A stretch of DNA of 64,000 nt from an uncultured Chloroflexia bacterium (GTDB lineage Bacteria > Chloroflexota > Limnocylindria > Limnocylindrales > CSP1-4), in NCBI GenBank assembly GCA_963748625.1, contig CAVVJT010000007.1, positions 320,001 to 384,000 on the forward strand, in the 5' to 3' direction. The notes under the pieces were generated by a model. The model was not told the DNA's origin and did not search any database. It worked only from the letters and a program-made list of their open reading frames with translations. Numbering within the stretch: position 1 is the first letter of the stretch; every line of letters starts with the position of its first letter. The position numbers were made by a program, and so were the translations under genes. Positions 18,127-29,034 of this stretch are shown here, piece by piece.

Positions 18127-19305
18127 CCACGCGGCGCCGCCCGCCGCGAAGGCGAGCAGGGCGGTGCCCACCATCGCCACCTGCAAGTCCGCGGCCACCG
18201 AGATGAACCCGATCGCAGGCGGGTAGACGATCGCTCCGAGGACGGCCGCGAAGATCAGCGTCGTGGCCACCGTGGCCGATCGACCCGGCAGGCGCGAACC
18301 CGCCGCCGCCACCATCAGCGGGAAGAACGGCCCGAAGGCGACGCCGACGCCTCCGAACAGGAACGGGGTCCAGCCACCTACCGGCAGCAGGAACGCCACG
18401 AGGAGCACGACGCCGCCGACGGGCGCCAGGATCGCCGCCGCCCGGAGCGGCTCGACCCGGCTCCCGATCCGCGCGAACACCACGCGTCCCACCGCGATCC
18501 CTGCCCAGAACAGGGTGAGGGCGAGGCTCGCCGCGGTCACCGGCAGGTCGTCGAGGTAGCGGACCAGCCAGTCCGACACGCCCGCCTCCGACGCCACGTA
18601 GCAGCCCGTCCCGAGGGCCATGACCACCAGGAACAGGGGAAGCCGGCGGGGGTCGGGTCGGTCGGCGCCGTCCGAGGTCCCTTCGCGCGGGTCGCGCGGC
18701 TGCGGCAGGCGGCCATGCGGGACGGTGACCAGGATCGCCACCGCCAGCAGGCCCGCGAGGACGCCACTGACCAGCATCGGCACCTGCCAGTCGATCCCAG
18801 CGGACACCACAGCCGCCAGCGCGAGCGGAGCCACCAGCGCTCCGACGCTGTACATCACGTGCAGGAGGTTGAGCGCTCGGCCGCGCGAGTCCGGGAACAG
18901 GTCGAGCACGAGCGAGTTGATGCCGATGTCGGCCGCGGATGCCCCCAGGCTGACGAGCACGCCCAGTGCCGCGAACGCGACCCAGTCCGCCGTGACGCCC
19001 TGGAAGCCGAGGCCGGCGCACATGGCGAGCATTGCCAGCGCCACCGCGATCCGCGGGCCCCGCGCCCGGACGAACCGTCCACCGGCCAGGACACCCACGC
19101 CGTACGCGACGGCCGTCACGAGGAAGTAGGCACCCATGCCCGCATCGTCCTGGCCGAACGCCGGCTGCACGGAGCGGATCATCGACGGGACCAGGAGCCC
19201 TCGCCATCCGATCAGGGCATACGCGAACCCTACGACGATCCCGGCGCGCAGCGCCCGGTCCGACGCCGTCGGCGGCACAGGGCCCGGCGCGTCGGGGTGG
19301 TGCAT
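18103..19305 (-). CDS. MFS transporter (fucose permease/TsgA-like)
   Basis: About 12 hydrophobic segments; ALNLLHVMYSVGALVAP, YVASEAGVSDW, FWAGIAVGR; TAGCAT 6 nt upstream of ATG 19305. Confidence 0.9.
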   Translation of the reverse strand: MHHPDAPGPVPPTASDRALRAGIVVGFAYALIGWRGLLVPSMIRSVQPAFGQDDAGMGAYFLVTAVAYGVGVLAGGRFVRARGPRIAVALAMLAMCAGLGFQGVTADWVAFAALGVLVSLGASAADIGINSLVLDLFPDSRGRALNLLHVMYSVGALVAPLALAAVVSAGIDWQVPMLVSGVLAGLLAVAILVTVPHGRLPQPRDPREGTSDGADRPDPRRLPLFLVVMALGTGCYVASEAGVSDWLVRYLDDLPVTAASLALTLFWAGIAVGRVVFARIGSRVEPLRAAAILAPVGGVVLLVAFLLPVGGWTPFLFGGVGVAFGPFFPLMVAAAGSRLPGRSATVATTLIFAAVLGAIVYPPAIGFISVAADLQVAMVGTALLAFAAGGAAWLSGRARI

Positions 19306-19414
19306 CACACGATGCTATCGGCCGGCCGGCTCCGACGCCCAGCGGCCCACACGCACCCGCGACGGCGCGTACCCTGTGCCTGCAGGAACTCCGCATACCA
19401 CCGCGAGGGCAGCC

Positions 19415-19639
19415 ATGAAGGAACGGCTCATCGGCGACGACCAGCTCCTGGTCACAGCCGACACCACGCTCGGCGATCCGCTCTGGGACTGGGTTGCGGC
19501 TGACGCCGCCCGGCGCGCGCCCGACGGCTGGCGCATCGCCAACATCGGCGCGGTGCCGACCGGTGCCCCGGCGGCCCAGCCCTACGGTTATGCGCCGCAG
19601 CCCACGGGCGTCACCATGTGGGTCGTCTACCGCCGGTGA
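19415..19639 (+). CDS. Small hypothetical protein
   Basis: GAGGG SD-like sequence, ATG start, GTGA-coupled to the next gene, GC3-biased codons. Confidence 0.55.
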   Translation: MKERLIGDDQLLVTADTTLGDPLWDWVAADAARRAPDGWRIANIGAVPTGAPAAQPYGYAPQPTGVTMWVVYRR

Positions 19640-20316
19640 GCGCCTACGACGCGCCGGGCGACGGGTCAGCCGCATCGCCCGATGCCGGGCCTGCCTCGGA
19701 CCGTGTCCAGCTCCGGCGCAAGGCGAAGCGCGGGCACTACGACGCCGAGACCATCCACGCGATCGTGGACCAGGCGATCGTGGGGTACGTGGGCTGGGTC
19801 AGGGACGGCCAGCCCTACGTGACGCCGGTCAACGTCTGGCGCGCCGGTGACCGCCTCCTGTGGCACGCGTCGGTCGGCAGCGGCATGGGACTGGCCATGG
19901 ACGGCGCCCCCGTGTGCGTGACGGTCAGCCACGTCGACTCGCTCGTCCTCGCCCGCAGCGCCACCAACCACTCGGTGGACTACCGCTCGGTGATGGCGCT
20001 CGGAACGGCGCACCGCATCCGCGACGACGAGGAGCTCGAGGCGGCCCTGGAGGGCCTGATCGAGAGCCTGTTCCCCGGTCGCTGGGCACAGCTGCGCCCG
20101 ATGACCGACGCGGAACGGCGCGCGACCGCGGTCTTCTGGATCCCCCTCGACGAGGCATCGGCGAAGGTGCGCGACAGCGGCCTGATCGAGGATCCTGGCG
20201 ACGAGACGTGGCCCGCCTGGGGCGGCGTGCTTCCGGTGCGGACGGTCCGTGGCGAGCTCCAGCCGGACGAGCACGTCAAGCCCGACGTGCCGCTGCCTGA
20301 GATCCGGCTGCCGTAG
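19636..20316 (+). CDS. Pyridoxamine 5'-phosphate oxidase-like flavin-binding protein (NimA-like)
   Basis: RGHYD, PYVTP, VCVTVSHVDSLVLARSATNHSVDYRSV, SAKVR, WGGVLP. Confidence 0.88.
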   Translation: MSAYDAPGDGSAASPDAGPASDRVQLRRKAKRGHYDAETIHAIVDQAIVGYVGWVRDGQPYVTPVNVWRAGDRLLWHASVGSGMGLAMDGAPVCVTVSHVDSLVLARSATNHSVDYRSVMALGTAHRIRDDEELEAALEGLIESLFPGRWAQLRPMTDAERRATAVFWIPLDEASAKVRDSGLIEDPGDETWPAWGGVLPVRTVRGELQPDEHVKPDVPLPEIRLP

Positions 20317-20505
20317 TCCGCAGCAGGTCGGTTGCCCTGCCCAGCCGGGGCCCTGCCCCACCTTGGACGCGGCGCCCATGAATCCTCGGTCCCGTCCGCC
20401 CCAGACACGCCTCCCCCGGGTTTCGTGGGAGCGCCGCGTCTTCGAAACGGCCCCGAAGGACCGGCGGAGCCCGCGTACGCCGCGCATAAGCAAAGCGAGG
20501 AGTGT

Positions 20506-21069
20506 CTACGCGCCGCGACCCGGATTCGCTCCGACGATCGTCGGGGCGAGGCGGACGTAGAAGTGGCCGTCCTCGGGATTGCCTTCGCGGTCCGTGTCCC
20601 ATGCCCGTCGCACACCCTCGAAGTCGAAGCCTGCACGACGCGCGACGGCACCCGACGCAGCGTTGTCAGGGTGCGTGAACAGCTCGAGACGGAGCAACCC
20701 CGCATCGAACGACCAGTCAGCCAACAAGCGAAGGGCGCGGGTGGCGAGCCCACGGCGCCGGGCCCAAGGGGCGAGCCAGTAGCCCACCTCGGCACGGTGC
20801 GCGGCACGAAGGTGGCGGGCGATGGAACCGAGCACCTCGCCCGTTGCGGCGTCGGTGATGGCGAACGACCGCTCGTCGTCGGTATCCCAGTCCGCCCGGC
20901 GAACGGCGACAAATTCGCGGGCGACCTCCTCGGTATACGGCTGGGGAATGGGCAGGAAGCGGGCGATCTCCGGGTCCTGGCAGGCGGCGAGCACGGAGTC
21001 GGCATCGTCCAGCTCCCAGCGGCGTAGGAGAATGACGCCATCGCCAAGTCGAACCGGTGCCTCGCTCAC
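20506..21069 (-). CDS. GNAT family N-acetyltransferase (RimJ/RimL type)
   Basis: EVGYWLAPWARRRGLATRA, NAASGAVARRAGFDFEG; GTGA-coupled to thrB. Confidence 0.9.
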   Translation of the reverse strand: MSEAPVRLGDGVILLRRWELDDADSVLAACQDPEIARFLPIPQPYTEEVAREFVAVRRADWDTDDERSFAITDAATGEVLGSIARHLRAAHRAEVGYWLAPWARRRGLATRALRLLADWSFDAGLLRLELFTHPDNAASGAVARRAGFDFEGVRRAWDTDREGNPEDGHFYVRLAPTIVGANPGRGA

Positions 21070-22091
21070 GCGTCCTCGACCAGTGCCGGACCCGTGTTCC
21101 GCGGGTTCACGATCGCCGTCCGCCCGACAAGGTCCACGGACGCGGCCGCATCGGCCAGCGCACGCTCGACCGGCTCCGCATCGGCACCCGGCGCCACGAA
21201 GGCGAGCACCGTGGACCCGGCGCCCGACAGGAACGCACCCAGCGCCCCCGCCGCACGCGCCGCACCCGTGAGCCGCGGCAGCTGGGGATAGGCCACAGAC
21301 CGGTACGGCTCGTGGATCCGGTCGACGGTCAGGTCCGCCAGCAGCTCGAAGCGACCGCTGGCGATCCCCGCCACACCGATCGCGATCCGGCTCATGTTGG
21401 ACACGGCGTCCCGCAACGGGACCTCGGCCGGGAGCACGCGGCGCATGTCTGCCGTGGAGAGCCGGCGGTCCGGGATGAAGAGCACCGCGCGCAGGCCGTC
21501 GGGCGCCGGGAAGCGCACGGCCTCCACGCGCTCGCCCAGGTGGGCGGACACCACGAACCCGCCCAGCAGCGCCGCCGAGGCGTTGTCCGGGTGCCCCTCG
21601 AGCGCCGTGGACATGACGAGCAGCTGGCCCTCGGTCAGGCGCCCGCCGCCCAGGAGGTTGCCGGTCCACACGCCGCCCACGGACGCCGCCGCGGACGAGC
21701 CCATGCCGCGTGAGAGTGGAATGCGGTTGTGCATCGCCAGGCGCCAGCCGATGTGCGCCGGTCGCGGTCCGATCACCGCCTCGAGCGCGTCCTCCAGCCC
21801 TTGGACGAACCGGTTCGACCGGACAGCCGGCAGCTCGCCCTCGCCCTCGCCGGTGACATCCAGCGTCAGGCCACCGTCATCGGTGACCTCCACGGTCACC
21901 GTGTTGCAGACGTCGAGCGCCATGCCCAGGCAGTCGTAGCCCGCGCCGAGGTTTGCGGTGGACGCGGGCACGTCGACCACCACCCGCCGCCCCACCAGGG
22001 CCGACCAGGCTGCGGCATCCAGCGGCGCCGCCGGGAGCCTCGGCGGGTTCGCGATCGGGACCTTGCCCGGGACGGGCTGCGGCTGCATCAC
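21066..22091 (-). CDS. thrB: Homoserine kinase
   Basis: VPASTANLGAGYD, IPLSRGMGSSAAA (GHMP), EGHPDN, DRIHEPYR, LSGAGST. Confidence 0.95.
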   Translation of the reverse strand: MMQPQPVPGKVPIANPPRLPAAPLDAAAWSALVGRRVVVDVPASTANLGAGYDCLGMALDVCNTVTVEVTDDGGLTLDVTGEGEGELPAVRSNRFVQGLEDALEAVIGPRPAHIGWRLAMHNRIPLSRGMGSSAAASVGGVWTGNLLGGGRLTEGQLLVMSTALEGHPDNASAALLGGFVVSAHLGERVEAVRFPAPDGLRAVLFIPDRRLSTADMRRVLPAEVPLRDAVSNMSRIAIGVAGIASGRFELLADLTVDRIHEPYRSVAYPQLPRLTGAARAAGALGAFLSGAGSTVLAFVAPGADAEPVERALADAAASVDLVGRTAIVNPRNTGPALVEDA

Positions 22092-22107
22092 CGGCTCACC
22101 ATGCGCG

Positions 22108-23187
<1,080 letters not shown>

Positions 23188-23192
23188 GGCAA

Positions 23193-24314
23193 TCAGTCCC
23201 CGACGGGGTAGCAGGCGCCGGACGGCGCGACCACGCATTCGGCAGCCACGGGGCGCACTGGAAGGCCCGACACCTCGGTGGCGGCGGCGAGGCCGGCCCA
23301 CGTGGAGCCGACGCCGCGGGCGACCGCGACCAGGTCCGACAGGACGGCAGCGCCGGCGGCAGGACCACCGGCGCCCGGACCCTCGAACGCGACCCGGCCG
23401 ACGGGCAGGCCATCGACCTCCACGCGGTTGAGGACGCCGTCGCACCGGCCGAACGGCGAAGACGCCGGGACCGCGGTGGGGACGACGGAAGCCTCGATGG
23501 CCCCGTCCTCCGCGAGGACGGTGGTGGCGATCAGGCGCAGGACGCGGCCCTCGTTCGCCATGGCGGCGACGTCCTCGGCGGTGACACCGGTGATGCCAGG
23601 CAGGCCCGGCGCTCCGGTCGTGGTGCCGGGGCGGTTGCCCACGCTGTCGCAGGAGATCCAGGCACCGAAGGCGAGGCGGGCAAGGATCACGAGCTTGTTG
23701 AGCGCGTCGAGCCCCTCGACGTCGGCGGTGGGGTCGGCCTCGGCGTAGCCGCGCGACTGGGCGTCGGCGAGGACCTCGGCGTAGTCGCGGCCCTCGCGGG
23801 TCATCGCCGTGAGCATGTAGTTGGTGGTGCCGTTGACGATGCCGCGGACACGGCCGATCCGGTTGGCGGCAAGATCGAGGGCGATCGGACCCAGCAGCGG
23901 GATGCCGCCGCCCACCGCCGCCTCGAAGCGCAGCGAGGCGCCCGTGGCGCGGGCGATCCCCTCCAGCTCCGGACCGTAGTGCGCGATCACGTGCTTGTTC
24001 GCGGTGACCACGCTCTTGCCGGCCTCCAGGGCGGCACGGATCAGCGTGTGGGCCGGCTCGTCACCGCCCATCGTCTCCACGATCACGTCGATGTCCGGGT
24101 CGGCCACCATGTGTGCCGGCGCGTCGGTGAGGATGGCCTCCGGGATGCCGAAGGCGATCGCCCGATCGGTGAACTTCTCCGCCACGGCGGCAAGGACGAG
24201 CGGCCTGCCGTCCGGGGGCGCCAGGCGGGTGGACCCGTCGAGGAACGCGCGAACGACCTCGCGGCCGACGGTTCCGGCGCCGATGACACCGACGCGCAGG
24301 GGCTGAACGCTCAC
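23193..24314 (-). CDS. hom: Homoserine dehydrogenase (no ACT domain)
   Basis: [50 protein letters not shown]. Confidence 0.95.
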   Translation of the reverse strand: MSVQPLRVGVIGAGTVGREVVRAFLDGSTRLAPPDGRPLVLAAVAEKFTDRAIAFGIPEAILTDAPAHMVADPDIDVIVETMGGDEPAHTLIRAALEAGKSVVTANKHVIAHYGPELEGIARATGASLRFEAAVGGGIPLLGPIALDLAANRIGRVRGIVNGTTNYMLTAMTREGRDYAEVLADAQSRGYAEADPTADVEGLDALNKLVILARLAFGAWISCDSVGNRPGTTTGAPGLPGITGVTAEDVAAMANEGRVLRLIATTVLAEDGAIEASVVPTAVPASSPFGRCDGVLNRVEVDGLPVGRVAFEGPGAGGPAAGAAVLSDLVAVARGVGSTWAGLAAATEVSGLPVRPVAAECVVAPSGACYPVGD

Positions 24315-24688
24315 AGGTGGGCTCTCACAGTGGGGGTCGGGAGTGTGGGGGCGATGGTAGCGAACGATGCCGCGCACACGCGAGGAGGTGCGTTGAGGGA
24401 TCTGCTCGCGCGTGGGCCGGCCGCCACATGCGTGTTCGCTGTGGCCGAGCGAACCAGCCACCACGCCGTCGAAGCGCTCGGTGTGGCGAACGGAGTGACC
24501 GGTCTGGGCCGTCGACGGGCCTCGAAACGGTCAATGTGTTCGGCGCAGGGCGAGCAACTCGACGCGTGCCATCGAAATCGCTCCGTCCGGCCGAGCAGGC
24601 CTCGTGGTCCGGCCGAGCAGGCCCATACGCCACGGCAACGCCCGTACCTGCCGACGGGTGGCCGCGCTTCGGTACACTCCGGCCCACG

Positions 24689-25708
24689 ATGACCGTCGAG
24701 CTCGCCCCCCTCCCCTCACCCGCCGCATCCTCCGCCTCACGTCCCCGGATCTTCTCCGGGATCCAGCCGTCCGGGATCGTCCACCTCGGCAATGACCTCG
24801 GCGCGATCCGGAACTACGTGATGCTCCAGTACGAGTACGAGGCGATCTACTGCATCGTCGACTACCACGCGCTCACGAGCACCCATGATGCGGCGCTGCT
24901 CCGGCGGCGCACCCGCGAGATGGCCGCGAGCCTGCTCGCGCTGGGCCTCAGCCCCGACCACTGCACGCTCTTCGTCCAGAGCCACCGCCCCGAACACGCC
25001 GAGCTCATGTGGCTGCTCGCCACGGTCACGCCTGTCAGCTGGCTCGAGCGGACGCCCACGTACAAGGACAAGGTCGCCAACCAGCCCGACGACGTGAACC
25101 ACGGCCTGCTGACCTACCCGGTCCTCCAGGCCGCCGACATCGTCATCTACAAGGCCACCAAGGTGCCGGTGGGCAAGGACCAGGCGGCGCACCTGGAGCT
25201 GAGCCGCGAGATCGTGCGCGCCTTCAACTACCGCTACGGCGAGACGTTCCCCGAGCCGCAGGCCGTCTACACGAGCGCCCCGGTGGTGCTCGGGACGGAC
25301 GGGGTCAAGAAGATGTCCAAGTCCGTCGGGAACACCATCGAGATCCTTGCCTCGCCCGACGAGATCCGCAAGCAGGTCATGTCGATGGTGACCGATACCG
25401 AGCGGATCAAGCGCACGGACCCGGGCCGCCCCGACATCTGCAACGTCTGCGGGCTCCACCGCTTCTTCGGCGACGACTTCGAGGAGATCTGGGACGGCGA
25501 GCGGACCGCGCGGACCGGCTGCGTCGACACGAAGAAGCTCCTTGCCCAGCGGATCATCGACCGGTACGCGGACGCCCGCGAGAAGTACGCGGAGCTGATG
25601 GCGAACCCCAAGGAGGTCGACGGCGTCCTCGAAGCGGGTGCCGACCGCCTCAAGCCCAAGGCCGAGGCCACGCTGGCCGAGGTCAAGGAGAAGATGGGCC
25701 TCCGCTAG
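24689..25708 (+). CDS. trpS: Tryptophan--tRNA ligase
   Basis: FSGIQPSG, HLGN, YPVLQAADI, VPVGKDQ, KMSKS; TACACT -10 at 24673-24678. Confidence 0.96.
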   Translation: MTVELAPLPSPAASSASRPRIFSGIQPSGIVHLGNDLGAIRNYVMLQYEYEAIYCIVDYHALTSTHDAALLRRRTREMAASLLALGLSPDHCTLFVQSHRPEHAELMWLLATVTPVSWLERTPTYKDKVANQPDDVNHGLLTYPVLQAADIVIYKATKVPVGKDQAAHLELSREIVRAFNYRYGETFPEPQAVYTSAPVVLGTDGVKKMSKSVGNTIEILASPDEIRKQVMSMVTDTERIKRTDPGRPDICNVCGLHRFFGDDFEEIWDGERTARTGCVDTKKLLAQRIIDRYADAREKYAELMANPKEVDGVLEAGADRLKPKAEATLAEVKEKMGLR

Positions 25709-25840
25709 GCCCACCGACCCGGTCGGCGCGTCCGGCCGGCTGCCCGCGCGCGCCCTGGCTTGACAGGCATGGTTGTATTGCGCGGCCGACCTGGCGCCCT
25801 CCGCGTCGGACCCGTCGGCATTCGCCCGGGGAGACGACGC

Positions 25841-27589
25841 GTGATCGCGAACCACCGTACGCCGCTGGCGCGCATGCTCCCCGCGGCCCTCGCGGTCGTG
25901 CTCGCCGCGTGTGGCGGGGCCGCACCCGGGTCTCCCCTCGCACCTGACCAGTCGGGTGCGGGCGCACCCACCGCAGCCGCGACTGTCCCGGCTCCGGCCG
26001 CGCCGGCTGCAGGCTCCGGCGTGGTCGAGCTCCCGGCCGACATCCCCGGCGCGACGCTGGACGTCGTCGTGGATGGTGTCCTCGCCAGCGGCGAGATCAC
26101 GCCCGAGCGCGGCGGGACCATCACCGCGACCACCCAGGAAGGCGTGACCTGGACCCTGGTCGTCGGGCCTTGGGCGGTGCGGAAACCGGTCACGGTGGAG
26201 CTCCGACCGATGGCGGGCGGGTCCACGCTGGGGCGCGTCATCGCCGGCGTCGACCTGGCGCCTGCCGGCCTGCGCCTGGCGGAGCCGGCCACACTGACCG
26301 CGGAGGGCCTCGACGTGGCGCCCACCGTCGTGGCGCTGGAGTTCGCGGGTCAGGCCGATGGAGCCGACGCTCGCCTCGTCATCGGGCCCGCGGTCGGCAG
26401 CAGGTCGCTGGCCTTCTCCGTCGCCCACTTCTCCGGGAACGTCGCGATCGACGTGGGCAACGATGCCAACGCGCTGTTCGAGAAGTGGTCTGCCGCCCGG
26501 GGCGACGACACGACCGGCGGGCGCCAGGCCGCCGCCGAGACGCGATACGCCGCCGCGGCCCTCGCTGAGCGGAACGGTCGCATCTCGCAGGAGACCGCCC
26601 GCGAGATCCAGGCACGCGCCATGGCCGAGTGGATGCGGGCGGAGGCGGACCGCCTGGAGGCGGATCCGGCGCTGGCGAAGCTCGCGGAGAGCGGAGATCC
26701 TCGTGACCTCGACGTCATCGACGCGGAGATCAGCCGGATCCTGCAGGTCGAGCACCAGCTCGCGGTCCTCGGCGACGAGTCCCCGAGGGAGGGCCTGGTC
26801 AAGGTCGTGGAGATCCTCCAGACGTACGAGGCCGCGATCATCAGCAAGGTCATCGACAGCCAGCGGATCCAGGAGGCGGCCAGCTCCGGGCTCGTGTCTG
26901 AGATGGGCGAGGTCGTCGACCTCATCGGTGTCGTGCTCTCCCTGGAGCGCAGGATCATGCTCCTGGGTGGCGAGGGCTCCGATGTCATGGCCAAGGTCCT
27001 CAAGCTGCTCGAGAACCTGCGGACCGGCCTCCTCGCGTCGTGCGCCAAGGCACCGCTGGACCCGGCGATCGTGCTCGGGCTCGAGCGGATGGTGCAGCTG
27101 CTGGGCGGCGCCGGCAGCGCCAGCATCGCCGACGTCATCAAGTGCGCCGCGCCGCAAGGCTGGCTGGTCACGGCAGAGGACGACTACATCGCGGGGTCGC
27201 AGCGGCTGTGTGCCACCAACCCGCTCGACCCCGATCCCGACATCGGTGGCGCGGGCGTCTACGTGGAGTCAAACGGAGGCATGCCGGACGACTGGCCCCC
27301 TGACAAGGTCTACGAGCTCGCGGATGGCATCCTCCTCGACTTCTCGGGGGGGACATACAGCGTGTACTTCGCAAAGGGGACCGCGAAGCACGGCACGATC
27401 TACGAGTTCAATGGTCGGCTCACGGTGCAGGTGGATGCCGCAGGCCTGCCCCTCAAGGGGAGCGGCTCCGGCAAGGGGCGCATCCTGTACCCGAACGGTG
27501 ACGTGAAGAATGGCGTTCCGGACACCCTCACCATCACCTTCAGCCGCATCCCCGAGCCCGCCTGGTGCACCGAACCGATCCCGGAGTAG
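25841..27589 (+). CDS. Lipoprotein with a ZU5-like domain ending in HFS, a helical domain and a distinct C-terminal beta domain
   Basis: Lipobox LAAC; ITPERGGTI...LVVGPWAV...LAPAGLRLAEPATL...VAHFSG resembles the ZU5 consensus; start may be 25841 or 25874. Confidence 0.7.
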   Translation: MIANHRTPLARMLPAALAVVLAACGGAAPGSPLAPDQSGAGAPTAAATVPAPAAPAAGSGVVELPADIPGATLDVVVDGVLASGEITPERGGTITATTQEGVTWTLVVGPWAVRKPVTVELRPMAGGSTLGRVIAGVDLAPAGLRLAEPATLTAEGLDVAPTVVALEFAGQADGADARLVIGPAVGSRSLAFSVAHFSGNVAIDVGNDANALFEKWSAARGDDTTGGRQAAAETRYAAAALAERNGRISQETAREIQARAMAEWMRAEADRLEADPALAKLAESGDPRDLDVIDAEISRILQVEHQLAVLGDESPREGLVKVVEILQTYEAAIISKVIDSQRIQEAASSGLVSEMGEVVDLIGVVLSLERRIMLLGGEGSDVMAKVLKLLENLRTGLLASCAKAPLDPAIVLGLERMVQLLGGAGSASIADVIKCAAPQGWLVTAEDDYIAGSQRLCATNPLDPDPDIGGAGVYVESNGGMPDDWPPDKVYELADGILLDFSGGTYSVYFAKGTAKHGTIYEFNGRLTVQVDAAGLPLKGSGSGKGRILYPNGDVKNGVPDTLTITFSRIPEPAWCTEPIPE

Positions 27590-27645
27590 GCGTAACCTAC
27601 GGCGACCACGTGCGCGGGACGGGCGCCACGTCGTAGGCTTCGCAT

Positions 27646-29034
27646 ATGCCCAATGACCTGATCACCGAGCGCCAGCGCAGGCTCATCGACGTCGCCCTGG
27701 TCCTGGCGGTGGTTGCCCTCGCCTTCGTCGTCCTCGGCTTCCTGGGCGGCTTCTGGGCTGCCTTCGGCGACCTCGTCCTGACATTCTTCCTCGCGTGGCT
27801 GCTCTCGTTCGCGCTGCGCCCGCTCATCGGCGGCGTGCAGCGGGTGGTCCCGAGGCTGGGCCAGTCGGGCGCGGTCCTCGTCGTCTACCTGTCGATCGTC
27901 GGCATCATGCTCCTGGTCCTCGTGCAGGTCTCGGCGTCGCTCGCCACCTCCATCAACGAGCTGCTGGCCGACCTCCCCAACCTCGAGAGCTCGCTCACCG
28001 CGCTCGTGACCTCGCTGCAGGAGCGGCTCACCGCGCTCGGCTTCCAGGTGGACCTCGTCCGACAGGTGCCCGACGTGATCAAGGGCCTCCAGACCGGAGC
28101 GACCGAGCTCATCGGGCCGCTCCAGCAGTTCGCCGTCGCGAGCATCGGGATCTTCGGGAACATCCTCATGGTCGTGATCCTGTCGATCTACATCGCGATC
28201 GACCGCCAGGACATCGGCGCGTTCCTGCTGCGCCTGGTACCACCGTCGTTCGGGTCCGGCGCCCGGCTGCTCGATGCCTCGGTGAGCCGGTCCTTCGCCG
28301 GGTTCCTGCGGACGCAGCTCGTGATGGGCGTGTCGTTCGGCCTCATCTCGTTCTCGACGGACGTCGTCTTCGGGCTCCCCTACGCGGTCGTCACCGCGGT
28401 CGCCGTCGGCGTGCTGCACGCGATCCCCTTCTTCGGCCCGTTCGTGTCGTGGCTGCCGCCGGTCCTCGTCGCGATCCTCTTCAAGCCCGAGGTCGCCCTC
28501 CCGGTCCTGATCATCATGGGCATCGGCTGGTTCGTGACGATGAACGTGCTCCAGCCGCGGCTGATGGCAGGGTCGGTGGGCATCCACCCGATCGTGGTCC
28601 TCGCCTCGGTCCTCATCGGCGCCAAGATCGCGGGTATCGCCGGGGCGGTCTTCGGCATCCCGATCGCAGCGGTGGTCTCGGCGATGTTCTTCAGCTGGTT
28701 CGAGCGCTCCAGGGACGGCGTGACGGTGGCCGACCGGGCGACGAAGCGAGTGGCCGCACGGGAAGGCAGACCGGTCCGCCGGCCGATGGAACCGGTGGGC
28801 GGGGTGGACCAGGACCTCGACGAGGTGGTCGCAGCCCGGGAGCGGAGGGCCCACCCTGACCAGGCCCACCCGATCGCGGCTGCCGCGGACGGGGAGGCCC
28901 AAGCCGATGCCGACATGACAGGGGCCGAGACGCGGGCGAGCGCGGAGGCGCCGTCCGACACTGCGCCGTCCGACCCCACGTCGTCCGATATCGCGACACC
29001 CGACACCGTGGTCTCGTCGGACCCCGGGGCATGA
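27646..29034 (+). CDS. AI-2E family transporter
   Basis: Multiple TM segments; FLRTQL, IPFFGP, NVLQPRLMAGSVGIHP, GAVFGIPIAA. Confidence 0.9.
   Translation: MPNDLITERQRRLIDVALVLAVVALAFVVLGFLGGFWAAFGDLVLTFFLAWLLSFALRPLIGGVQRVVPRLGQSGAVLVVYLSIVGIMLLVLVQVSASLATSINELLADLPNLESSLTALVTSLQERLTALGFQVDLVRQVPDVIKGLQTGATELIGPLQQFAVASIGIFGNILMVVILSIYIAIDRQDIGAFLLRLVPPSFGSGARLLDASVSRSFAGFLRTQLVMGVSFGLISFSTDVVFGLPYAVVTAVAVGVLHAIPFFGPFVSWLPPVLVAILFKPEVALPVLIIMGIGWFVTMNVLQPRLMAGSVGIHPIVVLASVLIGAKIAGIAGAVFGIPIAAVVSAMFFSWFERSRDGVTVADRATKRVAAREGRPVRRPMEPVGGVDQDLDEVVAARERRAHPDQAHPIAAAADGEAQADADMTGAETRASAEAPSDTAPSDPTSSDIATPDTVVSSDPGA

Noticed and set aside
24315-24688. T-box leader for trpS, or thr attenuator for hom
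   Set aside because: No T-box antiterminator consensus and no Thr/Ile-rich leader peptide; the trpS -10 is only 10 nt from the start
25760-25790. TTGACA as a -35 element for the lipoprotein gene
   Set aside because: No -10-like hexamer at 16-18 bp spacing
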